NCBI GenBank assembly: GCA_905210995.1 | Contig: CAJLZE010000001.1 | Location: 1,910 to 65,909 of the forward strand | Source of the DNA: an uncultured Anaerotruncus sp. | GTDB taxonomy: Bacteria > Bacillota > Clostridia > Oscillospirales > CAG-272 | DNA: 64,000 bases | Direction: 5' to 3' | Part shown: positions 1-7,593 of the stretch, one piece after another | Numbering within the stretch: the first letter of the stretch is position 1 | How the letters are laid out: each line of letters starts with the position of its first letter | Notes under the pieces: generated by a model | Seen by the model: only the letters and a program-made list of their open reading frames with translations | Databases searched by the model: none | Told to the model about the DNA's origin: nothing | Made by a program: the position numbers and the translations under genes

Positions 1-335
1 GGAGCAACCGCACTCTTTCCCCATGTGACATGGGCGATACCGGTCTTTACGCCGAGGGAGGAGACATATTCGATCTCGCGGCAATAGCGGTCGGCTATAG
101 CCTCGCCCTCGTCGCCCTCGTTCCAGATAAGGGACGTTTTCGATCCCGTCAGGTGTACGTTTTCGACCGGGATATCAAGCCTTTCGCACAGCGCGACCGT
201 TGCGGCAAGGTCGCCGTCGGCATAAGGCGATGTGCCGAGGCAGACGAAATCGAATCCGGTCGATCTCATTATGCGCAGCCTTTCCTCATCGGAAAGCGCC
301 GCATCGCGGAGCAGATACATACCGAGCTTTAACAT
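1..335 (-). CDS. sugar phosphate isomerase/epimerase-like (xylose isomerase-type TIM barrel) protein, N-terminal part; the gene runs off the window start
   Basis: Absent from the ORF track because it has no in-window stop. My reverse translation from the ATG at 335 gives MLKLGMYLLRDAALSDEERLRIMRSTGFDFVCLG...ENVHLTG...GIAHVTWG. A GGGGGA SD lies upstream. The family call rests on N-terminal resemblance only. Confidence 0.45.
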   Translation of the reverse strand, partial: MLKLGMYLLRDAALSDEERLRIMRSTGFDFVCLGTSPYADGDLAATVALCERLDIPVENVHLTGSKTSLIWNEGDEGEAIADRYCREIEYVSSLGVKTGIAHVTWGKSAVA

Positions 336-366
336 TGGATATTCCCCCTGCTGAAAAAATTTTCGT

Positions 367-1719
367 TTACCGGCTGCCGGTCTCTTTTATCACCGTGCAG
401 CTTTCGATGCCGTAATACTCAAAGCACCTTACGGCATTTTTGTCGATAATCTCGCCCGAGACCGCTATCGGCACAGCGGGCGGGCAGCCGACGCACACGT
501 CGGCAATTATGCGTCCCTCGGCTGCGGACACGGAGAGCTCCTCGCGCGGCGACATTATCGCGTCGCGTATCCGCATTGCCACGCGCGGCATTCCGGGGTG
601 CGGCGGAGCGTCGGTCAGCGGCTGCCGGCGCGGTATACCGGTGAGCGCCGTCTCAAAGCGGGAAAGTCCCGCAGCGCCCGTTGCGGGCGCGAACATCACG
701 ACCAGCAGGTCGGGGTCGGCGAATTCGCAGACCACGCCCGTGCTCTCAAGCGCCGACGCAAGCCCCGTGCCGGTATAGCCCCACGGCTTGGCGGCTACGG
801 TCAGCTTCATCGGTTCGTCGCCGATGACGGCAAAGCCGTACGCGGAAAGTCTTTGACGCAGAGCCGACGTGCGCTCCGCCATATCGGCAAGACGTGCGGG
901 GAAATCGCCCGCAAGCTCGCGGTTTGCCGCGTCGAGAGACTCAAGTATGAGATACGACGGGCTCGTTGAACCGAAAAGCGCCAGTGCGCGGCGCGCCTCG
1001 GCTGCAAAAAGAGCCGGTGCGTTATTTGAAATATGCAGATAAGCCCCGCCGGTGAGCACGGGCAGCGTTTTGTGCGCCGAGTCGCAGCAGATATCCGCAC
1101 CGAGGTCGATGGGGTGCCGCGAAACAGGCAGAAAGCGCAGGTATGCGCCGTGCGCGTTGTCAACGGCAAGCAGCACACCGTGACGGTGACAGACCTCGGC
1201 AAGCCCCGCGATGTCGGCAACGTTGCCGAGGTAATCGGGCGAGGTGATATACACCGCATCGGGCTTTTTCTCCGCCGCGCCGAGCGCCGAATCGAGCAGT
1301 GCGGGCGTTATTTTGCAGGCAAGGTATGAGCCTTTCGCCGGCGGGCAGAGCCAGCACACGTCAAAATCAAGCATTGCGGCTGCAAAAACGAATGTGCGGT
1401 GACAGTTTCGCGCCGCCATGACGAGCGGGCTTCTTCCCTCCGCGCGCGCGCGGAGGCAGATAAGATACAGCATCGCGCGGATGCCGAGCGACGAACCCTC
1501 GGCGGAATAAAACGTCGGGCAGCCGAACAGCGCAGAGGCGTTTGCCTCGCTCTCGCGGATGATGCCGTGCGCCTCGTAAAGGCTGTCGGCGCCGCCGATC
1601 TCGGTTATGTCGCGGCTCTCGCAGCCGAGCGCACCCTCTCCCTTATGTCCCGGCATATGAAGGCGCAGCGCGCCGCGCCTCTCATATTCCCGCACAAAAT
1701 CAAGGATCGGGGTGTTCAT
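367..1719 (-). CDS. PLP-dependent Orn/Lys/Arg decarboxylase family protein
   Basis: 450-aa ORF. It has LHMPGHKG near the N-terminus and a DSAHKTLP PLP-lysine motif, typical of the fold-I decarboxylase family. Its start abuts the scfB stop (TAAATG). Confidence 0.8.
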   Translation of the reverse strand: MNTPILDFVREYERRGALRLHMPGHKGEGALGCESRDITEIGGADSLYEAHGIIRESEANASALFGCPTFYSAEGSSLGIRAMLYLICLRARAEGRSPLVMAARNCHRTFVFAAAMLDFDVCWLCPPAKGSYLACKITPALLDSALGAAEKKPDAVYITSPDYLGNVADIAGLAEVCHRHGVLLAVDNAHGAYLRFLPVSRHPIDLGADICCDSAHKTLPVLTGGAYLHISNNAPALFAAEARRALALFGSTSPSYLILESLDAANRELAGDFPARLADMAERTSALRQRLSAYGFAVIGDEPMKLTVAAKPWGYTGTGLASALESTGVVCEFADPDLLVVMFAPATGAAGLSRFETALTGIPRRQPLTDAPPHPGMPRVAMRIRDAIMSPREELSVSAAEGRIIADVCVGCPPAVPIAVSGEIIDKNAVRCFEYYGIESCTVIKETGSR

Positions 1720-3153
1720 TTATTGCTCATCCCCGTCCGAACCGCGGCAGGCGCGGTCAACGGCGACCATTATCGCGCATTCCATGCGTTTGCGGAAAAG
1801 CTCGCAGCCGTATTTGTAAACGCCCGTTACCTTTCCCGTGGAGTGATATGCATTTGCGGCGCAGCCGCCGGAGCAGTAAAGGCGCGCCCAGCAGTCGCGG
1901 CATTCGGGATGCGCATAGACATTGCAGGCGGCAAATTCGCCCTGAACGGCGGTGTTCGTAACGCCGTGCCATATATCGCCGAGGCGGAATTTTTCCTCTC
2001 CGACGAACTGGTGACATGGGTAAAGATCGCCCCACGGCGTGACAGCCATATATTCGGTGCCCGAGCCGCAGCCGGAAATGCGCTTGTATATGCACGGACC
2101 GCCCGAAAGGTCTATCATATAGTGATAAAAGGTGAAGGGCTTGCCCTCGCGGTCACGCTTTATCATAAGATCGGCAAGCTTTTCGTACTGGTCGAGCACC
2201 ACGGGCAGATCCTCGGCGGTCAGCTCGGCGGCGTCGCCCGGCGCACAGACGACCGGCTCCATGCTCAGCTCGGTAAAGCCGAGATCGAGCATCGTTTCGA
2301 TATCCTTGAGAAAATCCGGATTCGCGTGCGTGAATGTGCCGCGCATATAATAATTCTTGCCGCCGCGTGCCGCGACGAGCTTCTGAAATTTCGGAACGAT
2401 CCTGTCCCAGCTCCCGTGACCGGCATAATCGACGCGGTAGCGGTCATGCACCTCGCGCCGTCCGTCAAGGCTCAGCACAACGTTGCTCATCTCGCGGTTG
2501 GCGAAATCTATCACATCGTCGTCGATGAGCATTCCGTTTGTAGTCAGCGTAAAGCGGAAATTTTTGCCCGCTTCCTTTTCAATGCTGCGCGCATATGCGA
2601 CAAGGCGCTTTACCACGTCAAAATTCATGAGCGGCTCGCCGCCGAAGAAATCGACCTCAAGATTGCGCCTCGTGCCCGAGTGCGCGACAAGAAAATCAAG
2701 CGCCTGCTTGCCGACCTCATAGCTCATTACGGCGCGGTCGCCGTGATATTTGCCCTGACTTGCAAAGCAATATGAGCAGTTGAGGTTGCAGGTGTGCGCC
2801 ACATGAAGGCAGAGCGCCTTGATAACGCCCGCGGTGCGCTCCTTGAGCTTGCCCGCCATGGGCTCGAAGCTGTCGGGCGCGAAAAGACTGCCCTCGTCGG
2901 CAAGCTCCGCGACCTGAGCGTAGCATTCCTCTATATCGGCGTCGGTCACGTCCGCGCCGTATTTTTTCTTCACGGCGGAAATGACCTCCTCCCGCGTGTG
3001 CCCCTCGTACATCGAAATGATATCGTATGCGATATCGTCCACCGCGTGGACGGAGCCTGAGCAGACGTCGAGAACTATGTTGTATCCGCCGAGCTTATAC
3101 TGATGTATCAAATCAAAACCTTCCTTACAGACAAAAATACGGGGGTGTCGCAT
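1720..3153 (-). CDS. scfB: SCIFF peptide radical SAM/SPASM maturase (thioether-forming)
   Basis: CNLNCSYC radical-SAM motif; Cys-rich SPASM tail (CGSG...CHQF...CRDCWARLYCSGGCAANAY). YKLGGYNIVLDVCSGSVHAVD is typical of ScfB. It lies immediately downstream of a SCIFF peptide gene. The ATG at 3153 is preferred over the track's GTG at 3165 because the GAGGGG SD sits 11 nt upstream of it. Confidence 0.9.
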   Translation of the reverse strand: MRHPRIFVCKEGFDLIHQYKLGGYNIVLDVCSGSVHAVDDIAYDIISMYEGHTREEVISAVKKKYGADVTDADIEECYAQVAELADEGSLFAPDSFEPMAGKLKERTAGVIKALCLHVAHTCNLNCSYCFASQGKYHGDRAVMSYEVGKQALDFLVAHSGTRRNLEVDFFGGEPLMNFDVVKRLVAYARSIEKEAGKNFRFTLTTNGMLIDDDVIDFANREMSNVVLSLDGRREVHDRYRVDYAGHGSWDRIVPKFQKLVAARGGKNYYMRGTFTHANPDFLKDIETMLDLGFTELSMEPVVCAPGDAAELTAEDLPVVLDQYEKLADLMIKRDREGKPFTFYHYMIDLSGGPCIYKRISGCGSGTEYMAVTPWGDLYPCHQFVGEEKFRLGDIWHGVTNTAVQGEFAACNVYAHPECRDCWARLYCSGGCAANAYHSTGKVTGVYKYGCELFRKRMECAIMVAVDRACRGSDGDEQ

Positions 3154-3168
3154 TTTATGCGGCACCCC
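3142..3168 (-). promoter_or_regulatory. intercistronic hairpin covering the scfB SD and start codon
   Basis: GGGGTGTCGCAT-ttt-ATGCGGCACCCC forms a 12-bp stem with one mismatch. In the mRNA the stem contains both the GAGGGG SD and the ATG of scfB. Confidence 0.5.
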
Positions 3169-3177
3169 TCGGGTCTT

Positions 3178-3336
3178 TTATTTGCTTGCCTTGGCGCTCT
3201 TGTTTTCGCACTTCTGGTTGGCAATGCCGCAGCTCGTCTTGCACGCGGACTGGCAGGATGTCTGGCATTCGCCGCAGCCGCCGCTTTTCGCGCTCTCGCA
3301 GAGATTGCGGGTCTTTATGGTAGTGATGTGTTTCAT
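3178..3336 (-). CDS. scfA: six-cysteine SCIFF ranthipeptide precursor
   Basis: MKHITTIKTRNLCESAKSGGCGECQTSCQSACKTSCGIANQKCENKSAKASK carries the GGCGECQTSCQSACKTSC core. The ATG at 3336 has an AAAGGAAC SD. The upstream part of the track ORF (to 3441) is rejected. Confidence 0.9.
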   Translation of the reverse strand: MKHITTIKTRNLCESAKSGGCGECQTSCQSACKTSCGIANQKCENKSAKASK

Positions 3337-3388
3337 GGTTCGGTTCCTTTCCCGGCGGGATCGACCGCCGAAATCTATTAACTGATTT

Positions 3389-3417
3389 ATTATATCATAA
3401 AAAAATATGCTTGTCAA
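3389..3417 (-). promoter_or_regulatory. sigma-A type promoter for scfA-scfB
   Basis: On the minus strand: TTGACA, a 17-nt spacer, then TATAAT. Confidence 0.55.
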
Positions 3418-3447
3418 CATCGCCGACACATTTTGCGGCACGCCGCG

Positions 3448-4512
3448 TCAATAAAGGGACGTTCTGTTTTTATACTTTATCGCAAGCTCAACAAACCCCG
3501 CCGCTGTGCGTGCCTCGGTAGCGAGGCTTTCGGCGTCGGTCGCCGCGAGCTTTGCGAGCAGCGCGTCAAACGCGGGACGGACGAGGATATTCACCTGCGG
3601 CTTTTCCATACCGCAGAACTCCTTGCCGTCGAGCCACGCCGACGACACGCCGCGCAGCATCTCGGCGGCGATATTTCTGACAAGCGCGTCCTCCTCCACT
3701 ATATCGGCGGCTTGATAGGCGGCGTCGATCTGCGCCTGTCCGTAATCGGCAGGGCTCACGCCCGCAAATGGCGCAAAGACCGACACGGCGCGCGCAAGCG
3801 ACGGTGCACAGTCGGAAAGCAGGATGTCCTCCCCTTCGATCACGTTCTTCATCCGCCCGAGAGAGTCGAACATCCGCTCTCCGCCGCATTTACCGACGGT
3901 GCCGAGCGCGGCATTGTCACCGAGCGCACCGTCAAGCGTTTCGCAGGCGGAAAATAACCCGCGCAGACCCCCGAGATATTCATCTGCATCCAAAGAAGAG
4001 GTCAACGCTTCTTTGTCGGAAGCGGCGACGATCTCGCCGGCGGCAGCGGTATATCCCGCAGCCGGCATAAGCAGCACCCACACGGCGGCAAGTGCACAGA
4101 CGGCGCCGCACAAACCGCCGAAAATGCGGCTGAGTATCCCGCGAGCGCGTCCCGCGCCGAAAATGAGACGCGAAAGCACCGGAACGAGAAAGACAGTGAC
4201 AAGTGCGAGCAGGACGAACACCGCCGCAAACATAAGCGGCGCCGCAAGCGCCCGCGGCAGCGCCGCAGCAAGACTGCCGAGTGTCGGTATCTCACGGCAC
4301 AGCTCGGCGCCCCTATCTCCCGCCGCTGCCGTCACCGCGTCGCTCGGGACGAGCCCCGCAAGCGGAGATGCGGCTGCAAGCGCCGCAAAAAAGCACAAAA
4401 CAAGAAGGACGAGCCGCACTGCGGAGCGTCCGATGCCGGAAAGCGCACCGCAAAGCGCGCCGAGCACGATAAGTATCACTGCTCCCGCCGTTACTGCCGT
4501 TGAAATGTTCAT
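3448..4512 (-). CDS. CvpA-like multi-pass membrane protein with a soluble C-terminal domain
   Basis: The N-terminal half is several hydrophobic helices with a CvpA-like pattern. The ATG at 4512 is preceded by GGGAGGG at 7 nt; the track start at 4515 is a GTG. Confidence 0.5.
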   Translation of the reverse strand: MNISTAVTAGAVILIVLGALCGALSGIGRSAVRLVLLVLCFFAALAAASPLAGLVPSDAVTAAAGDRGAELCREIPTLGSLAAALPRALAAPLMFAAVFVLLALVTVFLVPVLSRLIFGAGRARGILSRIFGGLCGAVCALAAVWVLLMPAAGYTAAAGEIVAASDKEALTSSLDADEYLGGLRGLFSACETLDGALGDNAALGTVGKCGGERMFDSLGRMKNVIEGEDILLSDCAPSLARAVSVFAPFAGVSPADYGQAQIDAAYQAADIVEEDALVRNIAAEMLRGVSSAWLDGKEFCGMEKPQVNILVRPAFDALLAKLAATDAESLATEARTAAGFVELAIKYKNRTSLY

Positions 4513-4542
4513 CACGATGCCCTCCCGTTTTTTCTGCGCGCC

Positions 4543-5316
4543 TTAAACGGATACGCGCTGTATTTTTTTCGCTTTTCCGTCCTCGATATCGACAAGGATC
4601 CCCGTTGAGGCAACGGGCCCCGTCGCCATGGTGAATCTTTGCGGCATGGCGCTGACAAAACGGCGGATTATCACCTCGGCATCGACGCCGAGCACACCGT
4701 CGGACGGTCCCGTCATGCCGATATCGGTAACATACGCCGTGCCGCCGGGCAGAATGCGCTCATCCGCGGTGGCAACATGAGTGTGCGTTCCCCAGACGGC
4801 GGAAACTCTGCCGTCAAGGTAGATGCCCATTGCTATCTTCTCCGACGTTGCCTCGGCGTGAAGATCAAGCACCGCGGCGTCATACTTTCCCGCCTCGCGC
4901 GCAAGTATCGCGTCGGCGGCGGCAAAGGGTGAGGACAGCGCCTCGTTCATCGCCACATTGCCCTGAATGTTCATACAGAGCACGCGGGCTCCCGCCGCGC
5001 TCACGATAACGCTGCCGCATCCGGGCGCCGCGGGTGGAAAATTGTCGGGACGCAAAAGCCGCGGCATATCCTCGTAGAGCTGATAAACGTCGCGCCTGCC
5101 GAAGGCGTGGTTGCCGGTGGTTATAACATCGGCTCCCGCAGCAAAGATATCATGCACGTCACGCTCGGATATACCGTGAACGTCGGCTGCGTTCTCGCCG
5201 TTGACGACGGTGAGATCGACTTCCCATTCGTCTATGCGGCGGCGCAGGTTTTTCTTCAGATATTCTACTCCGGCGCTGCCGGTGACGTCTCCGATGGCAA
5301 GCAAACGCAGCTTCAT
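4543..5316 (-). CDS. ymdB: YmdB-like metallophosphoesterase (2',3'-cyclic-nucleotide 2'-phosphodiesterase family)
   Basis: MKLRLLAIGDVTG...VVNGENAA...TTGNH...GTHTHV...TDIGMTG are the characteristic YmdB family motifs. Confidence 0.85.
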   Translation of the reverse strand: MKLRLLAIGDVTGSAGVEYLKKNLRRRIDEWEVDLTVVNGENAADVHGISERDVHDIFAAGADVITTGNHAFGRRDVYQLYEDMPRLLRPDNFPPAAPGCGSVIVSAAGARVLCMNIQGNVAMNEALSSPFAAADAILAREAGKYDAAVLDLHAEATSEKIAMGIYLDGRVSAVWGTHTHVATADERILPGGTAYVTDIGMTGPSDGVLGVDAEVIIRRFVSAMPQRFTMATGPVASTGILVDIEDGKAKKIQRVSV

Positions 5317-5344
5317 GGCGGCGGTCCTTTCTTTCAGACTTAAA

Positions 5345-5884
5345 TTATAAAATATCTCCGAAGCTCCTCTTCACGAGCGCATATGCGGGCTTTGCAAGGG
5401 CGATGAATATCACCGCACCGACCGCCGACTGAGCAAGGTTGAAGGGCATGGATGCCACGGCGCTCACGAAATCGTGATAGATCGCCAGGCTTTCATATAT
5501 CCAATAGCCGCCCACATTGATGAGTGCGGCTCCCGCAAGCGCGATAAAGTTGCGCGCGCAGAGAACATTTTTGTTTTTTCGTGTAAAAAGCAGCACGGCA
5601 AGCGCGCGCACACCTATGGTCGCCGGCAGCCAGAGCGGGTATCCGCCGATGATATCCGAAAGCCCCGCGCCGACAGCGGCAGCGCCTATGGCATACGGTG
5701 CGGGAAACACGACAGCGGCGAGAAAGACGAAGCCGTCGCCCGCGTGGATATATCCGGCGCCCGCAGGCAGGGGTATTTTGATGAAATATGTACCGCAGAA
5801 GATGAGAGCGGCGAAGAGAGCGCCGAGTGCGAGTCTGCGCACCGTGACGTGCGTTTTTGAGAGAGTTTTTACTTGGTTTTCCAT
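5345..5884 (-). CDS. ECF transporter S component (FolT-like fold; substrate unknown, possibly thiamine-related)
   Basis: A 179-aa multi-pass membrane protein. The pattern GYIHAGDGFVFLAA...GLSDIIGGYPLWLPATIGVRAL is typical of ECF S components. It sits 51 nt downstream of thiN. Confidence 0.6.
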   Translation of the reverse strand: MENQVKTLSKTHVTVRRLALGALFAALIFCGTYFIKIPLPAGAGYIHAGDGFVFLAAVVFPAPYAIGAAAVGAGLSDIIGGYPLWLPATIGVRALAVLLFTRKNKNVLCARNFIALAGAALINVGGYWIYESLAIYHDFVSAVASMPFNLAQSAVGAVIFIALAKPAYALVKRSFGDIL

Positions 5885-5935
5885 GGTGATGATGCCTTTT
5901 CGGGAAATATATTTGCAGGACCGGCAGCGTTGCCG

Positions 5936-6559
5936 TCAATCGGTGCTTTCGATGATGAACAGCCCGCCTTTTTTAACGGAAATGAGCGCACAGTTGCCAT
6001 CGATCTCATTACTGACGGCATACTGGAAGCGCCGCGTGAGCGTTGCGTTCGAAAGCGGATATTTGCACCCCTCGGCTGTAACACCCTTCACCTTATCATC
6101 GGCTGCAATGAGCGAAAGATATCTGTACCCGCTCCTGCCTATAAGGGCGGATCCCGAACGGATGAAGCGCGCGCGGTTCTGACCGTCGGTCATGACCGCA
6201 TAAACGCCGCGCATCGCCAGATCCTCAAGTATATGGAGGTTAGAGAGCGTGTGGTCGAGCCTGCCGCCGAGCCCTCCGATGATAACGATATCGTCCGCAC
6301 CGCGGCTGACAGCCGCCTCGACAGCAAGCTGCGTGTCTGTGTCGTCCTTTTCGGCGGGGACCTTTATTTTTTCAACACCTTCGGGCAGCGTGCCCTCTGG
6401 CATTGAATCAAAATCGCCGACGGCAAGATCGACCCTGTCGCCGAGCGCCCGCGCGGTAAGATAACCCGAATCGGCGGCGATGCGGAGATCGTCGGTCTTC
6501 GGATGCTCGGTTATTCGGTCGTTGCGCACGCTGCCGCCGGTATAGATGAATGCTCTCAT
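5936..6559 (-). CDS. thiN: thiamine pyrophosphokinase
   Basis: AADSG...VGDFDS...KDDTD...GGLGGRLDH are TPK motifs. The ATG at 6559 overlaps the rsgA stop (ATGA) and is preferred over the track start at 6577. Confidence 0.85.
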   Translation of the reverse strand: MRAFIYTGGSVRNDRITEHPKTDDLRIAADSGYLTARALGDRVDLAVGDFDSMPEGTLPEGVEKIKVPAEKDDTDTQLAVEAAVSRGADDIVIIGGLGGRLDHTLSNLHILEDLAMRGVYAVMTDGQNRARFIRSGSALIGRSGYRYLSLIAADDKVKGVTAEGCKYPLSNATLTRRFQYAVSNEIDGNCALISVKKGGLFIIESTD

Positions 6560-7560
6560 TGCTTTGCCTTTCCCCAAAAGGGCTTTGCCTTGAGCGCCGT
6601 GTACATTTCAAGGTAGCTTTTGTGTCTTTCGGGCGCTATCACGCCCTCCCTAACTGCCTCAAGCACCGCGCAGCCCTCCTCTTTGGTGTGCGTGCAGTCG
6701 GCATACCGGCAGTGGCCGTAATACGGCGCGAACTCACGCATCGTTCCGGGCAGATCGTCAAGCCCGAAGAAGTCGAAATTTTCAAAATCAAGCAGCGAAA
6801 AGCCGGGAGTATCGGCAATATATCCGCCGCCCGGCAACGGGAAAAGCGACGCCTCGCGCGTGGTATGCCTGCCCCTGCCTATCTTTTCGCTGACTCCGCC
6901 CGTGCGAAGCCCGAGCCCGGGAAAAAGCGCGTTGAGGAGCGTTGATTTTCCGACGCCCGATGCGCCGGCAAACGCAGCCACTCTGCCCGAAAGCTTTTCG
7001 GCAACAAAGGCGGAAAGGCTCTCCACCCCCTCGCCCGTCGCGCATGAAAGCGGAAAGACCGCATATCCCGCACGGCGATAGATGTCGGCGATCCGCTCAG
7101 ACCCCGCCTCGTCAAGCTCGCGCTTTCCGATAACAATAACGGGCTCGATGCCGTTATACTCGGCGATCGAAACGAGCTTGTCCAGCGTCGGCAACACCGG
7201 CGCGGGCTTTGCCGCGGCTGCGGCTATGAAGATATAGTCGATATTTGCAAGCGGCGGACGTATCAGCGCATTTTTGCGCGGAAGGATAGCGCATATCACC
7301 GCCTCCGACCCGTCGCCCGCACCGCCTGCGGCGTTTGCCGCCAGCTCGACGCGAACTCTGTCGCCCGTCAGCGGACGGTCAAGGCGCGACCCGGTGTGAT
7401 AGGCGCCCGCCGTGCGCGCGGCGGACGAAAATGTCGCCCTCAGCGCTCCGCGAACGCGGCAGCTCACCGTTGCGCCGCCGTCAAGATCAACGGAATATAT
7501 CCCGCCGACGCCGCGTATTATCCTGCCTTCCCTCACCGCATTTTCGTTCGTTTCAGTCAT
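6556..7560 (-). CDS. rsgA: ribosome small subunit-dependent GTPase A
   Basis: Circularly permuted GTPase with GASGVGKSTLLNAL and a C-terminal Zn-knuckle (HCRYADCTHTKEEGCAV). Confidence 0.9.
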   Translation of the reverse strand: MTETNENAVREGRIIRGVGGIYSVDLDGGATVSCRVRGALRATFSSAARTAGAYHTGSRLDRPLTGDRVRVELAANAAGGAGDGSEAVICAILPRKNALIRPPLANIDYIFIAAAAAKPAPVLPTLDKLVSIAEYNGIEPVIVIGKRELDEAGSERIADIYRRAGYAVFPLSCATGEGVESLSAFVAEKLSGRVAAFAGASGVGKSTLLNALFPGLGLRTGGVSEKIGRGRHTTREASLFPLPGGGYIADTPGFSLLDFENFDFFGLDDLPGTMREFAPYYGHCRYADCTHTKEEGCAVLEAVREGVIAPERHKSYLEMYTALKAKPFWGKAKQ

Positions 7561-7593
7561 TTATATTGATAATGTAGTATCTCCCGATTTGCT

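Noticed and set aside
30-332. 100-aa plus-strand ORF at the window start
   Set aside because: The opposite strand encodes a better candidate with an SD and a TIM-barrel isomerase-like N-terminus that runs off the window.
1399-2775. 458-aa plus-strand ORF
   Set aside because: It is antisense to scfB and the decarboxylase gene, and its translation is Ala/Arg-rich.
5885-5935. TPP riboswitch upstream of the ECF S component
   Set aside because: The gap is only 51 nt, which is too short, and no THI-box-like CUGAGA motif is seen.
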